A stretch of 51,482 nt of DNA from assembly GCA_964549305.1 (NCBI GenBank), contig CAZJVM010000013.1, forward strand, positions 1 to 51,482. Reading direction: 5' to 3'. This document shows, one piece after another, positions 28,052 through 35,620 of this stretch; positions within the stretch are counted from its first letter, which is position 1; each line of letters begins with the position of its first letter. This DNA is from an uncultured bacterium. GTDB taxonomy: Bacteria; Schekmanbacteria; GWA2-38-11; J061. The notes beneath the pieces are model-generated. The model was not told the DNA's origin and did not search any database. It was given only the letters and a program-made list of their open reading frames with translations. The position numbers and the translations under genes are program-made.

Positions 28052-29592
28052 ATAAAAATTCAGGCATAAAAAATACTCTTCTTGCGGCAGGAATTCTGGT
28101 TACTTCAGTTTCCTTTCTGTGGGAATATTTTTTCCCTGTAACCATTTTTTACAGGAACATCGGACTCGCCGCAGGCGCTGTTATTCTTACCATTTGGGCA
28201 ATATTGTCTATTCTTGCCATACGGGAAAAGAGAAGGCTGTTCAAAAAAATCGGAGAGGGAACTATCTCACTTGTTTCCATAATCATAATCGGGATAATAC
28301 TTATCGTTGCAAACCTCTTAAGCTACGGGAATAATGTGAGAATTGACCTTACAAGGACCGGGAAGCACACACTTTCGGAGGAAACGCTAAAAGTTTTATC
28401 AACCCTTGAAACAAAAGTAAAGTTCGTAGGTTTTTATCAGGAAGGTTCGGATCTGGAAATTTCATTTCGTGACCTTCTTGACGAATACAAATACAGGTCA
28501 AAGAAGATTGAATATGAAATATTTGACCCTGATAAAAACCCTACGATTGCAAAAAAATACAATATAAAATCCTACAACACCATCGTCGTGAAAATGGGAG
28601 ATAAAACAAAGGAAATAAAGGCTATTTCCGAATCATCGTTCACAAACGCGCTAATACAAATCAGGTTGGATAAAAAGAAACTTCTCTGTTTTATGTCGGG
28701 GCACGGAGAGAAAAGCATATTTTCGGCGGATACTGAAAAAAACGGTTACTCTCTGATTAAAAAAACTCTTGAAGCCAAAGGTTACGAAGTAAAAAATATC
28801 GATTTGTTTTCAACAACGCAAATCCCCAAAAATTGTTCCGTTGTAGTCATCGGAGGCCCTCTTAAAGATTTTCAGGAAAACGAAATCAGTGAACTGCGGA
28901 ATTTCATAAAAACCGGAGGCAGTCTCGTTCTTTTAATTGACCCTGATTACTCTGGCAGACTTATTGATTTCGCGAAAGAAAAAGATATCGTTTTTTCAAA
29001 GTACATCGTGGCAAATGAGCCGTCGGGAGTTTTCGGAAACGACCCTCTTATAACAATAATAAAGGACTACGGGAAGCATCCCGCGGTTTCTGGTTTTCCG
29101 CTTTTTACCATTTTCCCTCTTGCAAGGCCCGTGGGTTTTAGCCCGAGCGCTAAAAAAACTTCCCCCGGCAGCACCTTTGACAAGATTTTGAATACTGGAC
29201 CATCAAGCTGGATAGAAAAAAACCGCAAAACACCCTATCGTTTCGAATCATATGCAGACAGCAAAGTATCCGTATCTTTAGGACTGATATACAGCGAAAA
29301 TGTTTCCACCGAAGACGCAAGAGCGGGAAAAATTCTTGCCATTGGAGATTCGGAATTTATCTGCAACGCGTTTCTTGGAATATCCGGCAACAAAGACCTC
29401 TTTGTAAACTGCATAAACTGGCTTGCGGAGCAGGAAGACTTAATCGTGATTCCAACCAAATCCAGAGAGTTTAGCTCTGTAAACATAACAAAATCCGAGG
29501 GGAATATGCTTTTTATATCATCTGTCATTACCCTTCCCCTCTTAATACTCCTCACGGGAGCAATAATTTATCTGAAAAGAAAAAAGCTATGA
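28042..29592 (+). CDS. GldG-family ABC auxiliary protein
   Basis: N-terminal TMs, RIDLT...TLSEET, DPDKNP, SGHGEK, IGDSEF, NKDLFVNCINWL, C-terminal TM with basic tail. Confidence 0.85.
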   Translation: MEINKNSGIKNTLLAAGILVTSVSFLWEYFFPVTIFYRNIGLAAGAVILTIWAILSILAIREKRRLFKKIGEGTISLVSIIIIGIILIVANLLSYGNNVRIDLTRTGKHTLSEETLKVLSTLETKVKFVGFYQEGSDLEISFRDLLDEYKYRSKKIEYEIFDPDKNPTIAKKYNIKSYNTIVVKMGDKTKEIKAISESSFTNALIQIRLDKKKLLCFMSGHGEKSIFSADTEKNGYSLIKKTLEAKGYEVKNIDLFSTTQIPKNCSVVVIGGPLKDFQENEISELRNFIKTGGSLVLLIDPDYSGRLIDFAKEKDIVFSKYIVANEPSGVFGNDPLITIIKDYGKHPAVSGFPLFTIFPLARPVGFSPSAKKTSPGSTFDKILNTGPSSWIEKNRKTPYRFESYADSKVSVSLGLIYSENVSTEDARAGKILAIGDSEFICNAFLGISGNKDLFVNCINWLAEQEDLIVIPTKSREFSSVNITKSEGNMLFISSVITLPLLILLTGAIIYLKRKKL

Positions 29593-30992
29593 ATAAAGTG
29601 ATAAAACTTATTCTGCTTGTCCTTTTACTTGGCGCTGTTTTCTACGCATATAATTATGACTCATCAAAGAAAAAGGTTAGCATAGCCATCCAGGAGGATT
29701 CTGCGCGAATATTCGATTTTGAGCCGAAAGATGTGAAAGCAATCGAACTTAACAATGAAGGAAATACCATTTATGCAGAGAAAAACGACAAAGGCAGCTG
29801 GGAAATACTGAAACCCTTAAAGGACAAAGGCGATAAAAAAGCGATTGACGGATTGCTGAAAGCGCTTTCGGAGATAAGAAGCATAAAAGAAATTTCATCG
29901 TGGAAAGACAACCTTGACGCATACGGACTTGAAAACCCTTCTCTTTCCTTTAAGCTTTTCGGCGGGACAAATGATGCGCCTCTTGTTTCCGCAGAAATCG
30001 GTCTGGACAGCGTAATGACAAATGCCGTATATGTCAAAATAGAAAACAATCCCAACCTCCATTATGTTACAGGTAGGATAAAAACTACCATAAAGAGGCA
30101 GCCATATGAATTGCGAAATAAAAAACTGGTAGAGGTTCCTCCTCAGGATATACAGAAAGTAGAAGTCCAAAGGGGTAAAAACAAAATTATCGTTCAAAAA
30201 AAATCAGACCGATGGACGGTAAGTTATCCGCGAAACGGAAGGTCATCGGAAAACATAGTGTATTCCCTTATCAGCCAGATTAACTCCATTACCATAAAAA
30301 AATTTGTAAGTGATGAAAAGAGTGCTGATGATTTAAAAAAATACCGGCTTAACAGGCCGGCATTAGTTTTCAAGGCAACTGGCGCGAATGGAGACTTATA
30401 TGAAGTGGATATAAGCAAAGTCAAAGATGACAGAGGAATGTTCCTTACAACTAACGGGAGAGAAGGAATTTACTATGCTGTAACAGATATTCTCCCCAAA
30501 CTTCCTGAAAAAGACCTTGATGTTATGGAAAGAAGGGTTCTTCCACTTTACATTCACGATATGGGAAAGGTTGTGCTAAAAAACACGAGAGGAGAAATCA
30601 CTTTTAAAGAAGATGAATCAAGACTCTGGTGGGGATATGTAAACGAAACAAAATATCCTCTGAATTCCTTTGCCGTTCAGAAACTCTTCGGTGTCGCGGT
30701 AAATGTAAAAGCAGACGATTTTGTCGATTACTCTGCCTCAAACCTCTCGCGCTGTGGTTTGAACCGCCCGAAGGCAACCTTCACGGCATTTGATAAAAAA
30801 GGAAATAAATTGGGTAAACTCTTTATCGGAAATTTGAATAAATCGGGAATAAAAGCTTACTGCAAAAATGAATCCTTTAAAGAAATTGCCATTATTGATA
30901 TGGTATATGTAAGAGACTGGTTCGGGAGAGAACCGGATTTTTATATATCTAAAACTGAAAAAGGAGATAAAGAAGATGGCGTCAAAAAATAA
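29589..30992 (+). CDS. DUF4340-domain membrane-anchored protein with about three repeats
   Basis: Single N-terminal TM. Three repeats of W...(Y/C)(G/R)L(EN/NR)P: AYGLENP, KYRLNRP, RCGLNRP. ATGA overlap with the GldG-like gene. Confidence 0.78.
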   Translation: MNKVIKLILLVLLLGAVFYAYNYDSSKKKVSIAIQEDSARIFDFEPKDVKAIELNNEGNTIYAEKNDKGSWEILKPLKDKGDKKAIDGLLKALSEIRSIKEISSWKDNLDAYGLENPSLSFKLFGGTNDAPLVSAEIGLDSVMTNAVYVKIENNPNLHYVTGRIKTTIKRQPYELRNKKLVEVPPQDIQKVEVQRGKNKIIVQKKSDRWTVSYPRNGRSSENIVYSLISQINSITIKKFVSDEKSADDLKKYRLNRPALVFKATGANGDLYEVDISKVKDDRGMFLTTNGREGIYYAVTDILPKLPEKDLDVMERRVLPLYIHDMGKVVLKNTRGEITFKEDESRLWWGYVNETKYPLNSFAVQKLFGVAVNVKADDFVDYSASNLSRCGLNRPKATFTAFDKKGNKLGKLFIGNLNKSGIKAYCKNESFKEIAIIDMVYVRDWFGREPDFYISKTEKGDKEDGVKK

Positions 30993-31404
30993 CGATAATG
31001 AAGAAAACAATTCCTTCAAGGTAAAAGACAGAAGGTCTGTTTCAATGAGTGATGATGAAGTAAAAGAAGGAAAAAAAGAGAGTTCAAAATTTTCGGAACA
31101 GGAAAAAAAGGAATTCGAAGAAGCCGGAAAGGATAATGATATTCCTGAAATAACTTTTTCCATGCACGTAATGACATTATATCAGCAGGGGTGTTTTTAT
31201 TTAGGAATCAAAATGCCTCATCCCGATGCTCCGGAACCGCAGGTCAATCTTCAGGTAGCCGATATCAACATAAAAACTCTTGATATGCTCAAGGAAAAAA
31301 CTGTAAATAATATGACCCCCGATGAAGAAAAGCTTATTAGTGAAGCTATTTATGACTTAAAAATGAAATATATTGCAAAGGCAAAAGAAGAGTCTCCTAT
31401 CTGA
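30976..31404 (+). CDS. DUF1844-domain protein
   Basis: FKVKDRR N-terminal motif and PEITF...LG...NL...LDMLKEKT.NN...EE..L...IYDLKMKY pattern. Confidence 0.78.
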   Translation: MASKNNDNEENNSFKVKDRRSVSMSDDEVKEGKKESSKFSEQEKKEFEEAGKDNDIPEITFSMHVMTLYQQGCFYLGIKMPHPDAPEPQVNLQVADINIKTLDMLKEKTVNNMTPDEEKLISEAIYDLKMKYIAKAKEESPI

Positions 31405-31418
31405 AATTTCTTATTTCA

Positions 31419-32069
31419 ATGTCCAGAGTAAAGTATCTTTTGAATTATTGGCTGGCATACTTCCCAATGGTGGTAATGTCATTCCTGTGCTTTCAGGTAT
31501 TCAACAAATTAAAAATCAAAGGGCGTTCGAGAATACCGAAATCAGGGGGGATTTTGGTTATGGCAAATCATATCTCAGCTCTTGACTCCTGGTTGCTCGG
31601 ATTTACTTTTTTCCCAAGAAGAGTATTTTTTCCGGCTAAAGCGGAACTCTTCAGAGGCAGAATTGCCCGCATCTTTTTCTCATTAATGGGAGCATTTCCC
31701 GTTGTGCGCGGACGACACAACGAGCGCACAATGAAAAAGATAAACGAAATATCACAAAACGGCACTATCCTGATGCACCCGGAAGGGACAAGGTCAGTTG
31801 ACGGAAAAGTTGGAAAAGGAATGCGGGGTATAGGGAAAGTAATATACGAATCACAGGTACCCGTTATTCCCGTGTATCATACAGGAATACAGAACATACT
31901 CCCCAAAGGAGCGATTTTTCCACATTTTTTAAATACTGTAGAAGTAAGAATAGGCAAACCAATGGAATTTCATGAAATGAAATCAAAAGAAGCGTCTAAA
32001 GAAGTTTATACGGAAATAGCGGACAAACTAATGGATTCCATCCGAAATCTGGCGTGCCAAAAAGACTGA
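31419..32069 (+). CDS. 1-acyl-sn-glycerol-3-phosphate acyltransferase family (PlsC-like)
   Basis: NHISALD (HxxxxD), AKAELF, GAFPVVR, PEGTRS, VIPV. Confidence 0.9.
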   Translation: MSRVKYLLNYWLAYFPMVVMSFLCFQVFNKLKIKGRSRIPKSGGILVMANHISALDSWLLGFTFFPRRVFFPAKAELFRGRIARIFFSLMGAFPVVRGRHNERTMKKINEISQNGTILMHPEGTRSVDGKVGKGMRGIGKVIYESQVPVIPVYHTGIQNILPKGAIFPHFLNTVEVRIGKPMEFHEMKSKEASKEVYTEIADKLMDSIRNLACQKD

Positions 32070-32094
32070 TTTTCAGTTGCCTTAGAAAAAGTTT

Positions 32095-32307
32095 TTATTT
32101 CTTTGCTTCCTTTTCCCGGGCTTCCATTTTCGCAACGGAAAATTTTATTATCAACCATCCCGAAAAAAACCAGAAGACTCCGATAATCAATGCAGTCATC
32201 GGTTCGCTTATAGAACCGCTTTTACCGAATAAGAGCAGGGCGATTGCGGTAAAAATTATTCCGAAGAACTCGAATGCTCTGCCAATTGAATAGAAAAACC
32301 TTGCCAT
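32095..32307 (-). CDS. Small two-TM membrane protein
   Basis: 70 aa with two hydrophobic helices and a charged tail. Co-oriented, 19 nt downstream of the repeat protein. Confidence 0.6.
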   Translation of the reverse strand: MARFFYSIGRAFEFFGIIFTAIALLLFGKSGSISEPMTALIIGVFWFFSGWLIIKFSVAKMEAREKEAKK

Positions 32308-32326
32308 ATTAGTGATATATCAATCT

Positions 32327-33289
32327 CTAATAATAAGAGGTAACATCAGGGTTACCGTCACCGTTGCTGTCTTTTTCCATTCTCACTATTTTCTCGTCCT
32401 CCACATACTGCCACAAATCAACATTGCCGTCCTTATCTTCATCTACGAGAATTCTAGTAAGTTTGCCGTTCTGAAATTCCTGCCAGGTATCTGTTTTGCC
32501 GTCAAAATCCCTATCTAACTCTTTTTTAACAAGCTCGCCGTTTCTGTAAATCTCAACGAGATTTTTAATGCCGTTTTTCTTTTCGGAAATAATCCTCTTG
32601 GAAAGCTTTCCGTTTGAATGATATTCCCAAATATCGGTGCGTCCGTCATAATTAACGTCAGCGGTTTTTGAAACCAGTTCACCACCCTTGTAGGAATAAA
32701 AGATGTCAAATTTCCCGTCTTTATTGTTGTCTACTTCTAATTTTTCCACTTTCCCGTCACTTCCGTAGATTTCCTTCTTGTCAATACTTCCGTTTTCATC
32801 GGTATCTGTATCGACTGAAGCTATTTTTTTATCCGTGTAATAGCGAAAAGTATCCATTTTTCCGTTACCGTTGCTGTCGATTTCTTCCTTGATAATGGCG
32901 TTATTGACAACATGCTGTATGAGATTTATTTTGCCGTTTTTCTTGCTGTCAACTTCAACTCTTTCCGTCTGTCCGGCATTGAGGTAATAGAATACATCTG
33001 CCTTACCGTCTTTATTCGTATCAACTTCCACCTTGTAAATCTCTTTTTCGTTCTTCAGGTATTTCCATATGTCGGGCTTTCCGTCAAGATTATTGTCCTG
33101 TGAGAACATTACTCTTTTACCGAATTCGTAATAGTCCCACATATCGGTCTTGCCGTCCTTGTTCAAATCGGCTTTCCGGATTTCTTTTTCCTTGGGTTTT
33201 TTCGCAGCATCCGAGGAATTCACAACCGGAAGGAACAAAGCTAAAGAAAGTGCTATTATACCGGCAAAATATCTTTTTGCGTTCTTCAA
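32327..33289 (-). CDS. Secreted protein with 12 tandem Dx[DN]xDG-type (putative Ca2+-binding) beta-hairpin repeats
   Basis: Signal peptide ending in SDA, then repeats of about 24 aa such as DLNKDGKTDMWDYY and DRDFDGKTDTWQEF. GAGGT precedes the TTG start. Confidence 0.8.
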   Translation of the reverse strand: MKNAKRYFAGIIALSLALFLPVVNSSDAAKKPKEKEIRKADLNKDGKTDMWDYYEFGKRVMFSQDNNLDGKPDIWKYLKNEKEIYKVEVDTNKDGKADVFYYLNAGQTERVEVDSKKNGKINLIQHVVNNAIIKEEIDSNGNGKMDTFRYYTDKKIASVDTDTDENGSIDKKEIYGSDGKVEKLEVDNNKDGKFDIFYSYKGGELVSKTADVNYDGRTDIWEYHSNGKLSKRIISEKKNGIKNLVEIYRNGELVKKELDRDFDGKTDTWQEFQNGKLTRILVDEDKDGNVDLWQYVEDEKIVRMEKDSNGDGNPDVTSYY

Positions 33290-33443
33290 TTTCTGTACCT
33301 CTTTTTTTGGTTAGATGTTAGTTTTGGCTAAACAATCTGAACTTTAAATCAATCTAACGAATTAATGTCAAGACAAAATCCATATTTACAATTTACACTT
33401 TCTTTACAATTATTTCAAATATTATTTGCACTTTCCCCGGTTT

Positions 33444-33998
33444 TCAAAAAGGGACATAAACCTTATATTTCTTCTTACCCTGTTTGTATGGTATCTTCAG
33501 GAGATTCTTTTTATCGCCAAAATCATTTTTATTTTCCCCTTTGCTTTCAGGCAAGGGCAATTCATCAAATATGTTAACATTCCACCCTTTTTCTATTCTC
33601 AAAACCTCGATTATTTTTTCGTCCCCATCCTTTATGATTCCGTAAAGAGTGATATTGCTCCCCCGCAAAGAGCTTTTTAGCTCTTTTTCGGTGCTCGATT
33701 CCCTTTCCACGAGATAGAGCGCATTTTCAATGAGCTTTCCTCTGAAATAGGAATATTTCTCCTGTGAATACCCCTTTGCCTCTGCCCCGATATATCTGTC
33801 AGCAGTAATTTTTTCGAATATTTCATTAAATCTCAGGGGATAGTGTTTCAGCTTGCGGAAATTTTTTTTTATAATATCCGTTTTAAGGGAGTAATATGGC
33901 GAAACTGACACTTCTTCCCCGCAAACGCTTCCCGTAAAGACTACTGATAAAAAAAACGGGAGAAGGGCTAAAATAACTTTACTGCGCTTATTCTTCAT
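33444..33998 (-). CDS. Hypothetical exported protein
   Basis: 184-aa ORF with basic plus hydrophobic signal peptide. No recognised family. Confidence 0.6.
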   Translation of the reverse strand: MKNKRSKVILALLPFFLSVVFTGSVCGEEVSVSPYYSLKTDIIKKNFRKLKHYPLRFNEIFEKITADRYIGAEAKGYSQEKYSYFRGKLIENALYLVERESSTEKELKSSLRGSNITLYGIIKDGDEKIIEVLRIEKGWNVNIFDELPLPESKGENKNDFGDKKNLLKIPYKQGKKKYKVYVPF

Positions 33999-34178
33999 AC
34001 CATATGAATCGAATTATTTATGAATTTTGTTATTAAAATCACAACACCTTTTTAAAAATTACAGAATGTTTCCTTTTTTCCGAATATTTTGATTTTTTAT
34101 AAAAATTAAGAACATTTATCCTAGGGTTTTCTTTAGAAAGTGAAGTGTGTCTGCCGTTTCAAAAAAAGCTCTTTATCC

Positions 34179-34206
34179 TTGACTTTAAAGGTTTTTTCTG
34201 TACTAT
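34179..34206 (+). promoter_or_regulatory. Candidate sigma70 promoter for galU
   Basis: TTGACT-N16-TACTAT about 80 nt before ATG 34288. Confidence 0.4.
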
Positions 34207-34287
34207 GGCGTGTCACCCATTCGAATTATATGGTACAACTTCTCATAAAATAAAATCCATTTTTTTTGATTGAAAGGTTTTATAAGT

Positions 34288-35160
34288 ATGAAAATAAAAA
34301 AAGCGGTTATACCGGTTGCGGGATTAGGGACAAGGTTTCTTCCGGCGACAAAAGCGTCACCCAAGGAGATGCTTCCTTTGGTGGACAAGCCTATTATCCA
34401 GTATGTGGTGGAAGAAGCCATATCAAGCGGAATTGAAGATATTACAATGATAACAGGCAGAGGCAAAAGAGCGATTGAGGACCATTTCGACATTTCCGTA
34501 GAACTTGAAACGGCATTGGCGGAAAAGAGCAGAAACGAGCTTCTCGAAGAGGTAAAAAAAATCTCCAATATGGTTTCCTTCAACTACACGAGGCAGAAAA
34601 AACCTCTCGGACTGGGCCATGCCATTCTCTGCGCAAGTCAGATAGTTGGAAACGAACCCTTTGCCGTTTTTCTCGGCGATGACATCATTGCCTCACAAAA
34701 ACCCTGTATGAAGCAGATGATAGAAGAATACAACAAGGTAAAAAGCTGTATTATCGCCGTGCAGGAGGTTTCCCAAAGTGAAACAAAAAGCTACGGAATC
34801 ATCGCGCCTGAAAATAGCAACGGCAGGATGCACAAAATAAACAATATGGTAGAAAAACCCGACCCTCAGGACGCGCCGTCAAGGCTGGCAATTATCGGAA
34901 GGTATATCCTTACGCCCGAAATCTTCGATATTTTACGCGATACCCCTCCGGGCAAGGGCGGTGAAATTCAGCTTACCGACGCGCTGAAAACTTTGCTGAA
35001 TACTCAGGATATATACGGTTATGAATTTGAAGGGAAACGTTATGATACGGGAGACAAACTCGGTTTTCTAAAAGCGACAGTTGATTTTGCCCTGAAGAGA
35101 GAAGACCTCGGGCCTGATTTCAAGAATCACCTTAAAACCGTCATTGCAAAACAGGATTAA
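34288..35160 (+). CDS. galU: UTP-glucose-1-phosphate uridylyltransferase
   Basis: KAVIPVAGLGTRFLPATKASPKEMLP, GLGHA, VEKP, GEIQLTD. Start set at ATG 34288. Confidence 0.97.
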   Translation: MKIKKAVIPVAGLGTRFLPATKASPKEMLPLVDKPIIQYVVEEAISSGIEDITMITGRGKRAIEDHFDISVELETALAEKSRNELLEEVKKISNMVSFNYTRQKKPLGLGHAILCASQIVGNEPFAVFLGDDIIASQKPCMKQMIEEYNKVKSCIIAVQEVSQSETKSYGIIAPENSNGRMHKINNMVEKPDPQDAPSRLAIIGRYILTPEIFDILRDTPPGKGGEIQLTDALKTLLNTQDIYGYEFEGKRYDTGDKLGFLKATVDFALKREDLGPDFKNHLKTVIAKQD

Positions 35161-35201
35161 AAAGCGGAAACCGCTCAAGCTTCATAAAAGAAAACGGGAA
35201 A

Positions 35202-35600
35202 ATGAAAAAAGTATTTTTCTATATAAAGGAGAGAAAAGCGGAAGACAACTATGAAGAGGAAGGCGGACAATTATTCCCATTAATCGATATTTTCGAAAAT
35301 GAAGGGAAAATTCATATTCAGTTTGAACTTCCGGGAATAAACGCCGATGATTTGGACCTCTCCTTACAGGACAACGAAATAACTCTGAAAGTTTTTAAAA
35401 CCGATGAAACGACTGATAAGGGGAATATAAGTTTTTTAAGAATGGAAAGAAAATTCGGATGGCTGAAAAGGCGGGTAAAACTGCCCGTGTCCTGCGATTC
35501 AAATAATGTCAAAGCTTTCTATTCTAAAGGAGTGCTTACGGTAATTTTAAAAAAAATCGAAAACAAACGCGGCCTTGTTAAAAAAATAACTATTGACTGA
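35202..35600 (+). CDS. Hsp20/alpha-crystallin family protein (3) with a short N-terminal arm
   Basis: PLIDIFE, ELPG, MERKFG...R, KGVL, C-terminal KITI. Confidence 0.88.
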   Translation: MKKVFFYIKERKAEDNYEEEGGQLFPLIDIFENEGKIHIQFELPGINADDLDLSLQDNEITLKVFKTDETTDKGNISFLRMERKFGWLKRRVKLPVSCDSNNVKAFYSKGVLTVILKKIENKRGLVKKITID

Positions 35601-35620
35601 ATATTATAAAGGATTTTCCA

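Noticed and set aside
26332-30992. Gliding motility function for the GldA/F/G-like genes
   Set aside because: No other gld, spr or T9SS genes are in the window, and homologues occur in non-gliding bacteria.
32327-33289. CRISPR-like or DNA tandem repeat suggested by recurring TTGCCGTC/TTTCCGT words
   Set aside because: The periodicity is at protein level (DG/NG loops) and the DNA copies are degenerate. I saw no repeat-spacer array or cas gene anywhere in the window.
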